DNA of 64,000 nucleotides from an uncultured Spirochaetota bacterium (GTDB lineage Bacteria > Spirochaetota > Spirochaetia > SZUA-6 > Fen-1364): assembly GCA_963734545.1 (NCBI GenBank), contig CAVTHO010000008.1, forward strand, positions 704,001 through 768,000. The letters are read 5' to 3'. Shown here piece by piece: positions 9,350 to 18,905 of this stretch. How positions within the stretch are numbered: the first letter of the stretch is position 1; every line of letters begins with the position of its first letter. The translations under genes were made by a program, and so were the position numbers. The notes under the pieces were generated by a model, which saw nothing but the letters and a program-made list of their open reading frames with translations, did not search any database and was not told the origin of the DNA.

Positions 9350-12300
9350 ATGCCGCGCCCCGAGGACATTGAAAAGTTTACCCAGGTGCTCAATTCCCTC
9401 GGCGATGAGCCCGCGATACGCGAGGCCAGGTCGGAAACCATAGAGCAGGTCTCGGCCCCCGGCGAGGAAATCCCGCAGCCGGAGGGTGAGCCCCTCGATT
9501 CCCTCCCGATGGACGAGGAGGGACTTCCCGGCGATGAGGCAGGGGCAGGTCCCGCGGCGGAGCAGCCGGCGGCGGCAGCTGCACGGAGTACCGAGCAAGA
9601 AGCGCCGGGGCTGCAGGATGTTTTCGAGGGCCTTACCGAGCTGACAGAAGAGCCGAAGCTCGAGGAGCCGGCAATCGAGGAACCGTCCGCCGGGGAGCCG
9701 GCGGCCCCCGGGACGGGCGATGGCCTCGACTTCGCATCCCTGTTCGCGGAGGAGACGGAGCCGAGCGCGATAGAGGATCTGGAGACGCCTCCGGCGGCCT
9801 CGCCCGGTGCTCCGGTCCCCGAAGAAGACGTTTTCACGTTTCCTGAAGGCGAGCCCGAGGGGCTGCAGGCCGACATTTCGCAGATGGAGGTCGTTCCGGA
9901 GGAAGCCGAGAGTGCATCCACGCCGGGCGGCGAGCCTGCCCTTCCCGAACCTGGTGCAGAATCCTTCGAAGACTTCGGCTCGTTCTCACTGGACACTGCC
10001 GAGAGCGCAGAGCCCGAACGCCCGCCGGAGCTCGAGCCTCCCGAGGCGCTCGGTGAGAGCGTCGAGCTTCCGAACCTTGAGGATCTGAGCTTTGGCGAGC
10101 CATCGGCAGAGCCCGGTGTGCCCTCCGAGCCATCGTTCGGGGAGCCGGAGCCGCAGGCCCCCTCCGAGCCGTCGTTCGGGGAGCCGGAGCCGTCGTCGGA
10201 GATCCCTTCTGGCCTGGGCTTCGACCTCGATACCGCCACGGGGTTCGAGACACCACCTTCCGCCGAAGCTCCCGAGGGACCGGCTGAGCAGCCGGGCATG
10301 GAAAGCCTCGGGGAAGAGGGTATTGGGGACCTCAACCTCGACGAGTTCAGTCTCCCCGAGTCTGCCGAGCAGTTCGGCGCGCCGGGGATTGCGCCGGTCG
10401 CGCCGCCGTATCCGGCGGAGGTGACGCCGCCGGAGCGCGAGGCGCCCGCCCGGCCCGGCCCGAAACCGCGACGGCCTGCCGCCGCGCGGCCCGCCGCAGC
10501 GCCCGAGGAGCTTCCTGGGGCCGAAGGCGAGATCGAGCTTACTCCCGAGCAGTTCGCCCGGTTGAAGAAAGCGCTGGAAGCGCTTCCCCGGAACCTGAAA
10601 GTCGCGGTACAGGATCTCATTGGCGAAGGCAAGGCGACAGGAGCAGATCTCTCCAAGCTCATTTCCCTCCTTCTCGGGGGCGCGAGCGCGCAGGAGATCG
10701 CCACGCTGGCCGGGCGCATTTCGGGAAAACGAATCCGGATCCCCGCGGGGTACGAGAAGAAGACGGGAGTCGCGTTCGAGGCCGAACAACGTACCTTCGG
10801 CTACGCCTTCCGGGAGAACATCCTCCCGCTCGCGCGCACGGTCCTGCTGACCGCCCTGGTCGGCCTGCTGCTCTACTTTGCCGGCAGGTACGTCGTCTAC
10901 AGGCCCCTCTATGCGTTCTCGAACTACCGGGCGGGCTACACACAGATCATGAATGACAGGTTCACCCTTGCCAACGAAAGATTCGCGCGCGCGGCGGGCG
11001 TTCTGGCGATCAAGAGCTGGTTTTACCGCTACGCGGAAGCCTTCGCCGCCAAGCGGCAGTACGTGCTGGCGGAAGAAAAATATGACGACCTCCTGCGCAG
11101 GTTCGGGGACGACAAGAAGGGAATACTGGACTACGCGCGCATGGAATCCACGCAGCTCGCCGACTACGAGAAGGCCGACACGCTTCTCAAGCGCCTCCTG
11201 GACCGCAGGATGTACGACTACGATGCACTGATCGCCGCCGGCGACAACGAAATGGAATGGGGAGAAAAGGTCCCGGTGAAGTTCGAGGCCGCACGGCTCT
11301 CCTACGCCACCCTGATCGAGAAGTACGGGGTCCGGGACGACCTGCTCTTCCGCATGCTGCGGTTCTTCATCCGCACGGACAACGCGGAGGAGGTGGAGAG
11401 GCTCCGCGTCTATTACGCCTCCCGGCCCGAGGTCAAGGTCGACGCCGAGGCGTTCGCCGAGCTCGGCGGATACCTGGTGGACCACCGTCGGCTGGAGTAC
11501 GCGCAGGACGTTCTCTTCCGGGCCGACAAGGTGAAACCGGGGCTTGCCGAGGTCCATTACAATCTCGCGCGCTACTACCGCATCGTGAAAAGCCCGGGCG
11601 ACGAGAAGCTGGCGCTGGACGCGGTGATAGCGAGCATGAAGAACACGGACCCGCTCACCCGCAAAAGATTGTCCATCGAGATCGACACGTACACCCGGAG
11701 GGGAGAACTCAATTACGGGAACCGCGAGTTCATTGCCGCGGAGAAAGATCTGGATAGAGCGATCAGCCTCGTCGAGCAGAACCAGAGAATGAAGCTCATC
11801 GGGTACGACAAGCTGTTCGGGCGCCCCTACGCGGCGCTCGGCGACCTCTACTATTACATCCAGGGCGATCTGGCAAACGCCGGCGCGCAGTATCAGAACG
11901 CGATTGCGAACCATTTCACGGACCCCGGGCTGAGCTACAAGATCGGCTATATCCAGTACAGGGGGCAGGACTACAAGGGCGCCCTGGCGACCTTCGCATC
12001 CACGGAGGATCAATCGGCCTATCCGAGCGGCAACGAAGAGCTGGCCTCCGCCGCTCCCGGTGAACCGGGCACTGCCGTTGAAAGCGCTCCGGCGGGTCGC
12101 GCGCCGCCGCTTGCCCGGGTGCCCGTGAACCTCCTTTTTGCCCTCGGCAACTGCTTCTTCCAGCGGGGCGACTACTTTGCCGCGCAGGGGTACTACCTGG
12201 GACTGCTGGACCGGCTGGAGACGAAAAAGACGGCCATCGGCAGCCTGCAGCCGCTGGAGGTGCCGGAGCACCGCGCGCTGATGGACAACATCATGAAAGT

Positions 12301-12559
12301 GAACAACAACCTCGGGGTGACGATGATCAGGCTCTCGGAGAGGACAGGCGACAGGAAGAAGAGGTCCGAAGCCCTGGTCTATCTCACCGCGGCAGCGCAG
12401 ATCGCCGATTCACTGGCGCGTGCTCCGGACACGGTCCGGCGAAGCGAGACGCGGAGCCTTCCCGGGTTCAATATGAGGGGCATTCTCTACCCCGTCACCG
12501 GCTTCGTGCTGCAGATCTACCAGGAGCTACCCAAGGACCTCCAGGCGCAAAGCCTGTGA
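9350..12559 (+). CDS. flcA: Periplasmic flagellar collar protein FlcA-like (acidic N-terminal region, TM helix, TPR repeats)
   Basis: 1069 aa; Glu/Pro-rich disordered N-terminus, one TM segment ('VLLTALVGLLLYFAG'), long TPR region; architecture as in spirochaete FlcA. Confidence 0.75.
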   Translation: MPRPEDIEKFTQVLNSLGDEPAIREARSETIEQVSAPGEEIPQPEGEPLDSLPMDEEGLPGDEAGAGPAAEQPAAAAARSTEQEAPGLQDVFEGLTELTEEPKLEEPAIEEPSAGEPAAPGTGDGLDFASLFAEETEPSAIEDLETPPAASPGAPVPEEDVFTFPEGEPEGLQADISQMEVVPEEAESASTPGGEPALPEPGAESFEDFGSFSLDTAESAEPERPPELEPPEALGESVELPNLEDLSFGEPSAEPGVPSEPSFGEPEPQAPSEPSFGEPEPSSEIPSGLGFDLDTATGFETPPSAEAPEGPAEQPGMESLGEEGIGDLNLDEFSLPESAEQFGAPGIAPVAPPYPAEVTPPEREAPARPGPKPRRPAAARPAAAPEELPGAEGEIELTPEQFARLKKALEALPRNLKVAVQDLIGEGKATGADLSKLISLLLGGASAQEIATLAGRISGKRIRIPAGYEKKTGVAFEAEQRTFGYAFRENILPLARTVLLTALVGLLLYFAGRYVVYRPLYAFSNYRAGYTQIMNDRFTLANERFARAAGVLAIKSWFYRYAEAFAAKRQYVLAEEKYDDLLRRFGDDKKGILDYARMESTQLADYEKADTLLKRLLDRRMYDYDALIAAGDNEMEWGEKVPVKFEAARLSYATLIEKYGVRDDLLFRMLRFFIRTDNAEEVERLRVYYASRPEVKVDAEAFAELGGYLVDHRRLEYAQDVLFRADKVKPGLAEVHYNLARYYRIVKSPGDEKLALDAVIASMKNTDPLTRKRLSIEIDTYTRRGELNYGNREFIAAEKDLDRAISLVEQNQRMKLIGYDKLFGRPYAALGDLYYYIQGDLANAGAQYQNAIANHFTDPGLSYKIGYIQYRGQDYKGALATFASTEDQSAYPSGNEELASAAPGEPGTAVESAPAGRAPPLARVPVNLLFALGNCFFQRGDYFAAQGYYLGLLDRLETKKTAIGSLQPLEVPEHRALMDNIMKVNNNLGVTMIRLSERTGDRKKRSEALVYLTAAAQIADSLARAPDTVRRSETRSLPGFNMRGILYPVTGFVLQIYQELPKDLQAQSL
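10121..10192 (+). repeat. Intragenic direct repeat, 2 x 33 bp at 39-bp period (PSEPSFGEPEP)
   Basis: ccctccgagccRtcgttcggggagccggagccg at 10121 and 10160. Confidence 0.85.
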
Positions 12560-12652
12560 GGGCTGGCTTGCAGGCAGGGACGGCGTTCGCGCCGAACGGG
12601 TAATCCCGTATATCGAGGGCGAGCGAGTTCAAGGATGGACGAAAGCGAGCCC
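12560..12652. repeat. Structured intergenic element with imperfect terminal inverted repeats, related to 32558-32608
   Basis: GGGCTGGCTT...AAGCGAGCCC ends; internal hairpins CGGCG-TTCG-CGCCG (12581-12594) and ACGGG-TAAT-CCCGT (12596-12609); exactly fills the gap between two convergent stop codons. Confidence 0.6.
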
Positions 12653-13768
12653 CTAGGACCGGGGGGGAGTCAGAATCGCGGGGAACATCCACCCGTGAGT
12701 ATCCGGCAGGGCCCCATATTGGATCCCCTTCAGGGTCTTGAGCAGAGCGCCGGTCACCTCGCCCACCTTGCGGCCCGCGAACACCGCTTCTTTCCCCTCG
12801 TGCGTGATCGACTCGATCGGAGTTATGCCCGCGGCGGTACCCGAGACAAAGCACTCCTTTGCGCCGGCAAAAGCTTCCTTCACGGACACGGGCCGCTCTT
12901 CCGTTGATATGCCCTTTTCATGGGCAAGTATCAGAATGCTTTTCCGCGTGATGCCGGGGAGGATGGTGTCCTCCAGCCGGGGAGTCACAAGGGTGCCGTT
13001 CTTCATGACGAAGAAGATGTTGCAGGAAGAGCCTTCCTCGAAATAGGCGTGCTCCCGGGCATCGAGGAAGACCGCCTCCATGTACCCCGCCTGCTCGGCT
13101 TCCTTTTTTGCAAGGGCGCTTGTGACGTAGTTGGAGTCCGCCTTGATCCACCCCGTGCCCCCGGGGGTTGCCCGAACCCTCCGTGTCGTCACGGCCTTGG
13201 TATTGCCGGCCTTGAAATATGAGCCGACCGGCGTCGTGATCATGATCACCCAGGGACTCTTGCTGATCCCGACCCCGATCCCCGGCTCGGCGCACGTGAA
13301 GGGACGGATATACACGGCGCTGCCCTGTACGAAATCAGCGGCAGCCCAGGAGGGATCGTATGCAGGGGCGAAGCCGATACACTTGTTCCTGCCCACCAGG
13401 GTGCGCACGGCGGTCAGGAACATGTCGGGAGGGAATCCGGGCATGAACAGCCCTTTCATGGACGACTCCATGCGCTTCCCGTTTTCATCCGGCCGGAACA
13501 GGCTCAGGGAGCCGTCCGGCTGGGGGAATGCCTTCAAGCCCTCGAAGCACCCCATCCCGTACTGGCTCGTGTAGCTCACGAGGGGGAGGTCCGCGAAATT
13601 GTTCCGTTTCAGCAGCAATTCGGCCTTCTCCGAGGCGGGCATCGCCGCCTCCTCATTCGGGGTGAGGTGCGGCTTCTCGACATACTCTTCCGTCCAGCCG
13701 CCGTCCTCGTGGAACTTGGCCCGGTAGATCCACGGATCGATCTCGAGACTGAATCCCTTCGCCATCAC
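12653..13768 (-). CDS. ilvE: Branched-chain amino acid aminotransferase (class IV PLP)
   Basis: 'YGMGCFEGLKAF', 'LFRPDENGKRM', 'YIRPF', 'KADSNY', 'EEGSSCNIF', 'ILPGITR', 'SGTAAGITP'. Confidence 0.92.
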   Translation of the reverse strand: MMAKGFSLEIDPWIYRAKFHEDGGWTEEYVEKPHLTPNEEAAMPASEKAELLLKRNNFADLPLVSYTSQYGMGCFEGLKAFPQPDGSLSLFRPDENGKRMESSMKGLFMPGFPPDMFLTAVRTLVGRNKCIGFAPAYDPSWAAADFVQGSAVYIRPFTCAEPGIGVGISKSPWVIMITTPVGSYFKAGNTKAVTTRRVRATPGGTGWIKADSNYVTSALAKKEAEQAGYMEAVFLDAREHAYFEEGSSCNIFFVMKNGTLVTPRLEDTILPGITRKSILILAHEKGISTEERPVSVKEAFAGAKECFVSGTAAGITPIESITHEGKEAVFAGRKVGEVTGALLKTLKGIQYGALPDTHGWMFPAILTPPRS

Positions 13769-13853
13769 CGTCCTCCGGGGCCAGTATAGCAGGAACCGCG
13801 GCTGCGGTACACCGTGCCGCTCGCGCGCCGGATTTTTCGCTGGAGATTATCGG

Positions 13854-14174
13854 GTGGATATGTCGATCATAGAAACGACCATGGAGCACACGCGGGACCA
13901 CATCATTTTCTTCATGGCGCAGAAGATGTACTTCCTCGAGCGGGCGGGAAGTCGGGAGATCTTCAATCGCCTGGTCGAGCATTTCGAGCAGATCAACCTC
14001 GACGGGCTCCTCGAATACCTTACGCGCTACTATGCGTTGGACGTGGAAAGAGAGCTGGATGACTTCTACCTGGCCGAAGGCGAGCTCGTGTTCATCTCCC
14101 GCAGGAAGGACCTCCGGTTCAAGCACGTGTACCGCGACGGGCACCTGCGCCTGGTCGGCATAGAGGACATCTGA
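13854..14174 (+). CDS. Hypothetical protein
   Basis: Natural-looking 106-aa ORF with typical codon usage; start may be the ATG at 13860. Confidence 0.65.
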   Translation: MDMSIIETTMEHTRDHIIFFMAQKMYFLERAGSREIFNRLVEHFEQINLDGLLEYLTRYYALDVERELDDFYLAEGELVFISRRKDLRFKHVYRDGHLRLVGIEDI

Positions 14175-14238
14175 GAGGCCTTCGGCACTCCGCTCGGCCC
14201 GGCCGCGGTTTGCCGCAGTTTGCCGCGGGCTCAGGCCG

Positions 14239-15198
14239 CTACGCCGGCTCTTCCCGCCTGCCCTGCTTGTCCAGGATAGCCACGATTTCATCCCGAAAGC
14301 CCGCTGCAGCGGACAGTGAGCACGCTTCGAGGTCATACTGCAGGGCCTGCTGGCAGATCCTTCGGTAGACCTTGAGCTCCTCCTCGACCAGTTTCAGCAC
14401 TGCCTGCCGCCCGTCGTAGAGGCGCACGAGGACCTCGCGCGTCTTGTACTTTTCATCCCGCGCGTGCGCGAGCGTGGAACGAATGCGCGCAACCTCTCGA
14501 GCCTGGCTGGCAAGCAGGGGGGCGAGCTCCTTCAAGGGCAGCAGAGTCCACGTGAAGCCGCTGCGGCTCCCCTTGTCCGCGTCCGCCTGCTCCTGCAGGA
14601 TGGAGGCGTAATGACGCTTGATGCTCCCGATTATTTCCTCGAATGTCCGCGTGAAATTCGTCAGGAAGGATTTGCGCATCTCGGGCTTGATGGTGGGCAC
14701 GAGCGCGCGCATCTTCTTGTTCTCCGCATTGTAGCGCTGCACCTGCATCAGAATGTTCTTGATGGCCGCATGGGAGCGCAGCGCGGGGTTCCTCTTTATC
14801 CGCGCATTCACGTCGGCGAGGATGGCCCCCACCTGCATCGATTCGACGCCGAAGCTGCGCTTTTCATCCGGTTCGCGGCTGAGGGGAAGGACGTCCGTGC
14901 AGAGCAGCCGCTGAAGGAGTATGACGAGCAGAAGCACGGCGAGGGATTTCTCGTGCGTGGTCATCTCCTGGCCGGCGAGGGACTTGTAGCGGGCGGTCTC
15001 CAGGGCGACGAGAACCGGCATGAGCAGCGTGCGCTTGTACTCGACGACCCCCTGCTCCACCGAGTGCCGAAGAGTTTCCGCCGCCGCCTTGAGCTCGTAC
15101 GACGGGATGCCCAGCATGTCGATCAGCGCGTGGAAATCGTTCGATTTTGCTTTGAGCTCGATCCAATCTCCGCTGATTCTTAAATCCAGCTCCGCCAT
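14239..15198 (-). CDS. Hypothetical helical/coiled-coil protein
   Basis: Protein-like part of the long ORF starts at 'MAELDLRISG'; TACAAT lies upstream. Confidence 0.7.
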   Translation of the reverse strand: MAELDLRISGDWIELKAKSNDFHALIDMLGIPSYELKAAAETLRHSVEQGVVEYKRTLLMPVLVALETARYKSLAGQEMTTHEKSLAVLLLVILLQRLLCTDVLPLSREPDEKRSFGVESMQVGAILADVNARIKRNPALRSHAAIKNILMQVQRYNAENKKMRALVPTIKPEMRKSFLTNFTRTFEEIIGSIKRHYASILQEQADADKGSRSGFTWTLLPLKELAPLLASQAREVARIRSTLAHARDEKYKTREVLVRLYDGRQAVLKLVEEELKVYRRICQQALQYDLEACSLSAAAGFRDEIVAILDKQGRREEPA

Positions 15199-15336
15199 GG
15201 AGAAATCGATTGTATGCGATTTCTCCCGCCAGATCAACCGAACGGTGGTATTCACGCCGTGCTGCGCCGCGGTACCCCGCGGATTTCGTGAAGCGGCGGG
15301 ACCGCTGGCGTGTACTAGAGACACGAGGAGGAAGGC

Positions 15337-15771
15337 ATGAACAATCTCAACTCCATTCTCATCGAGGGCAACCTGGTGAGGGACCCCGAGCTCTCCTACA
15401 CGCCCAAGGGAACGGCCATCTGCAAGTTCTCGGTCGCATGCAACCGTTCCTGGAAGCAGGACGACGAGTTCCAGAAGGAGGTCTCCTTCTTCGACGTCTC
15501 CACATGGCAAAGGCTCGCGGAGGTGTGCGGGGAGTATCTCAAGAAAGGCAGGGGCGTCAGGGTCGTGGGCAGACTGAAGCAGGACCGCTGGACGGACCCG
15601 GACGGCAAGCCGCACTCGCGTGTGGAAATCGTTGCCGAGCACGTGGAGTTCAAGCCGCAGCTGAAGAAGGGAGACGGAGATCCGGCCGCGGACAAGGCGG
15701 CGGAGACAGGGGAGACAGGGGAGGCCGGCTCGGAAGAGCAAGAGGAGGTGAAGGAGGCGGCCGGGTTCTGA
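15337..15771 (+). CDS. ssb: Single-stranded DNA-binding protein
   Basis: 'NSILIEGNLVRDPELSYT', 'KKGRGVRVVGRLKQDRW', acidic tail ending in F; GAGGAGG RBS. Confidence 0.95.
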   Translation: MNNLNSILIEGNLVRDPELSYTPKGTAICKFSVACNRSWKQDDEFQKEVSFFDVSTWQRLAEVCGEYLKKGRGVRVVGRLKQDRWTDPDGKPHSRVEIVAEHVEFKPQLKKGDGDPAADKAAETGETGEAGSEEQEEVKEAAGF

Positions 15772-15798
15772 CGCAATCATTGCTGTCTGCATGAAATG

Positions 15799-15828
15799 GC
15801 GCGGCCTTCCCGTATCGGGAGGCCGCGC
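15799..15828 (+). terminator. GC-rich hairpin after ssb (possible terminator, no U-tract)
   Basis: GCGCGGCCTTCCCG-TAT-CGGGAGGCCGCGC. Confidence 0.4.
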
Positions 15829-16005
15829 TGCATTCGCTTCGGCCGCACACCATGCATCCACCCGATCCGATCTCTCATGGCGTCTCCGGGAGGAAGTCTC
15901 CGTCCTTGACCGGCCATGCTCCCGCCTGTAGGATCGGCAGGAGGAGCGTGACGAAGTATGGGGCGCATGCACTGCCGGCGAATGCTGAGAAGATGGTCGT
16001 ATGGA

Positions 16006-17067
16006 ATGCGCGTGGCAGCCCTGCTGCCTGCACTGTTGCTCGGCGCCCTTGCCGCATGGGCTGACAGCAACCCCCTCTCTGCCGAACCGGCAAGACCGGT
16101 TTTCAAGGAAATCTGGGCGTATCTCCTGCGGGGTGAGGAAAAGGAGCTGACGGGTTCGGAACCCATTACCGACCTGTGCTATTTCGGGGCAAGCCTCGAC
16201 AGAAATGGAAGGATAACTGATACGGTCGCACGGCCGGCGATTGTTCTCAAGAACGGCATGAAACCGGCGATCCATCTGGTGATTGCGGAGCTGTCCAACG
16301 AAGCGCTCATGCACTTTTCCCTGAATCCCGCATATGGTGTGAGGCCGCTGCTCATCGAGGACATCTGCCGGATCGGGCAAGGTTTCGACGGAGTCCAGAT
16401 AGACTTCGAATCAGTATCGCGGGATGACGCGGGCTTTTTCTTCGACTTCCTGAAGGAATTGAGAGGCAGGCTTCCTGCCGGGAAAAAGCTGAGTGTCGCG
16501 GCACCCGCCAGGACGGAGCTGACAAAGGATGCCTACGACTATACGCAAATCGCTCCCCTCGTGGATCGAATGGTGATCATGGCGTACGACGAACACTGGA
16601 GCACGAGCTCTCCGGGGCCGGTCGCCTCGCTTCCGTGGTGTGCAAAGGTCGTCGACTACGCGAAGAGCGCGGTTGGAGTAGACAAGATCGTCATGGGCCT
16701 GCCTCTCTACGGCAGGGCCTGGCAGGACAGACGGCTGGCAAAAGCGTTGCGCTTCAAGAACGTGCTGGACCTTGTGGCTGAAAAAAAGAGCACGACGAGC
16801 TATGCGCCGGAGCTTGGCGCCTCCTTCGAATACTCCGAGAACGTGACTGTCACGGTGTTCTTTGACGACTATCGGTCGCTGATGGAAAAGCTCAGGCTCT
16901 ACCAGGCCCGCGATGTCGGCGCAGTATCCTTCTGGCGCATTGGGCAGGGTCCTCCCCTGCTCTGGGACAGCATTGGAAACTCGGGCGCCGTGAATGGATC
17001 CCTTCCTGCCGGAAGCGGTCCGGTATCTCCGCCTGATGAGACGCCGGCCGCTCCCCGCCAGGGCTGA
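16006..17067 (+). CDS. Secreted glycoside hydrolase family 18 protein
   Basis: Signal peptide; 'FDGVQIDFE' (DxxDxDxE-like), 'IMAYDEH', 'MGLPLYG', 'FWRIG'. Confidence 0.85.
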   Translation: MRVAALLPALLLGALAAWADSNPLSAEPARPVFKEIWAYLLRGEEKELTGSEPITDLCYFGASLDRNGRITDTVARPAIVLKNGMKPAIHLVIAELSNEALMHFSLNPAYGVRPLLIEDICRIGQGFDGVQIDFESVSRDDAGFFFDFLKELRGRLPAGKKLSVAAPARTELTKDAYDYTQIAPLVDRMVIMAYDEHWSTSSPGPVASLPWCAKVVDYAKSAVGVDKIVMGLPLYGRAWQDRRLAKALRFKNVLDLVAEKKSTTSYAPELGASFEYSENVTVTVFFDDYRSLMEKLRLYQARDVGAVSFWRIGQGPPLLWDSIGNSGAVNGSLPAGSGPVSPPDETPAAPRQG

Positions 17068-17080
17068 ATGGCGAGCGGCC

Positions 17081-17500
17081 TTACTTCACCAGCTTTGCGG
17101 TAAGGGTGATCTTCGGCCCGGCAAGGGCCTTGGAGACGGGACAATCCTTCTTGGCAGCTTCTGCGTGCTTCAGGAATGCGGATTCCGCGAGCCCGGGAAC
17201 CTGCGCTTCGGTCATCAGCTCGATCCGGGTGATTGTCGGCCCCTCGTCGAGGTGAACGGTGGCGGTGGTGTGCACGCGCGTCGGTATGAATCCCGCATCA
17301 GTCAGCAGCGCCGACAGGAACATCGAAAAGCATCCCGCGTGCGCCGCGCCGATGAGCTCTTCGGGGTTTGTTCCCTTCCCCGACTCGAACCGGGAGGCAA
17401 AGGTGAACGGCCCTTCGTAGGCGCCGCTGCCCACCTTCATGTGCCCCGCGCCTTCCTTCAGGGACCCTTTCCATTCCGCGGATGAAGAACGGACTGCCAT
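17081..17500 (-). CDS. osmC: OsmC family peroxiredoxin
   Basis: 'WKGSLKEGAG', 'TNPEELIGAAHAGCFSM', 'CPVSKAL'. Confidence 0.95.
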   Translation of the reverse strand: MAVRSSSAEWKGSLKEGAGHMKVGSGAYEGPFTFASRFESGKGTNPEELIGAAHAGCFSMFLSALLTDAGFIPTRVHTTATVHLDEGPTITRIELMTEAQVPGLAESAFLKHAEAAKKDCPVSKALAGPKITLTAKLVK

Positions 17501-17576
17501 TGTTTCCTCCGTGCCCGGACCGGATCGCCGGGACTCCTGCGTGATGGTTGAAAGGTACAGACGGGTCGTGCGGCGG

Positions 17577-18837
17577 TCAATTCTTGCGAAACAGGAGAAT
17601 GACCGAATCGATGGCCCTTCGAATGAAGCCGCCCAGTGGCACGTCGGCTTCCGCCGTCAATGGGAACCGGGTGAGCTCCGCGCCATCCAGCCGTACCACA
17701 AGGTGACCCAGGACCTGGCCGGCGCGGACGGGAGCAATGACCTCACGCTCCTGCTCGATGCGGGTGCGGATGCCGTGCTCCTTGCTGCGGGGAACCACCA
17801 CGAGCGGATCGGACGCCGGGCCGAGTAGAACCGAGCGCTGCACGCCTTTCCACACCCGCACGGGAACGGGTTCGTCGTGGGCCGGCCGCATCACCATGAA
17901 GTTCACAAATCCGTAGTCGAGCAGAGCCTCGCTTTCCCTGGTGCGAAGGACCGCGCCGCTTTCCCGGCCCACATCGGGAACTCCCAGCACAACCGCAATG
18001 AGGCGCATGCCGCCCCGCTCCGCGGTGGCCGCGATGTTGTATCCCGCCTCATCGATATACCCCGTCTTCAAGCCGTCGATCCCCTCATATTTTCCGAGCA
18101 GCGTATTGCGGCTCACCTGGGTGATCGGCTTCTCATTGTTGCCGTTCGTCAGGTTCTCCGGCAGGGGATAGGTGAGCTCTCTCAATGAGAAGAAGTCACG
18201 GAGAGCGACGGGGTGCGCGGCAATGAAGCGCGCGGCAGAAGTCGACATATTCCCTTGCCGTGATGCGGTTCTCCGCGCTGATTCCCGCGGGCTCCACGAA
18301 CCGCATTTCCGAGTAGCCCAGGCGCGCGGCCTCACGATTCATCATGGCAGCGAACTCGGGAACGGACCCGGCGATCTGGTCCGCAAGCTCCACCGCCGCG
18401 TCATTTCCCGAGTCGACCACCAGGCCCTGCATCAGCTTGTCGATCGTCACGACCTGGTTCGGCCCCAGGTACATGACGGAGGAACGGGGGGGCATGTTCT
18501 GCGCCCAGGCGTCGGCGCCGGGGACCACGCGGCGGGAAGGATCGAGTCTGCCAGTTTCGACGAGGTCCAGGGCGATATGGAGCGTCATCAGCTTCGCGAG
18601 GCTCGCCGGCGGTATCTGCTCGTCCGCGTGATCCTCGAAAAGCACGGCTCCGGTGCGCGCCTCGACGAGAATTGCCGAACGTGCATGCAGCACCGGTGGA
18701 TCCGGCAGGGACGCGGTGAGAACCACGCGCAGGGGAGCAGCCGCATGTGCGGCCGCCCCCGAAAGAAGGAGGACGCACGCGGAAACAAAGCGCATCAGGC
18801 CGCAGAATCCGCGGAATGCCGCGAGGCGAGGGAGCAT
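17577..18837 (-). CDS. D-alanyl-D-alanine carboxypeptidase (S11/PBP5 family), frameshift near 18240-18250
   Basis: SxxK 'PASLAKLM', SxN 'SGNDAA', 'KTGYIDEAGY', PBP5 C-terminal domain; split over two frames. Confidence 0.9.
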
Positions 18838-18905
18838 GCGTATAGGTACTCCGGCAGGCCTCCGTCTGGCAAGAGGAGAGGGGTCTCGGTATAATCCGAG
18901 AGATC

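Noticed and set aside
9268-12271. Long antisense ORFs (9268-10719, 9986-12271, and similar ones such as 62209-63846 and 32346-34028)
   Set aside because: Shadow ORFs expected opposite GC-rich genes; no recognisable motifs
12560-12652. Hammerhead ribozyme suggested by GGACGAAA and multiple stems
   Set aside because: No CTGANGA core on either strand
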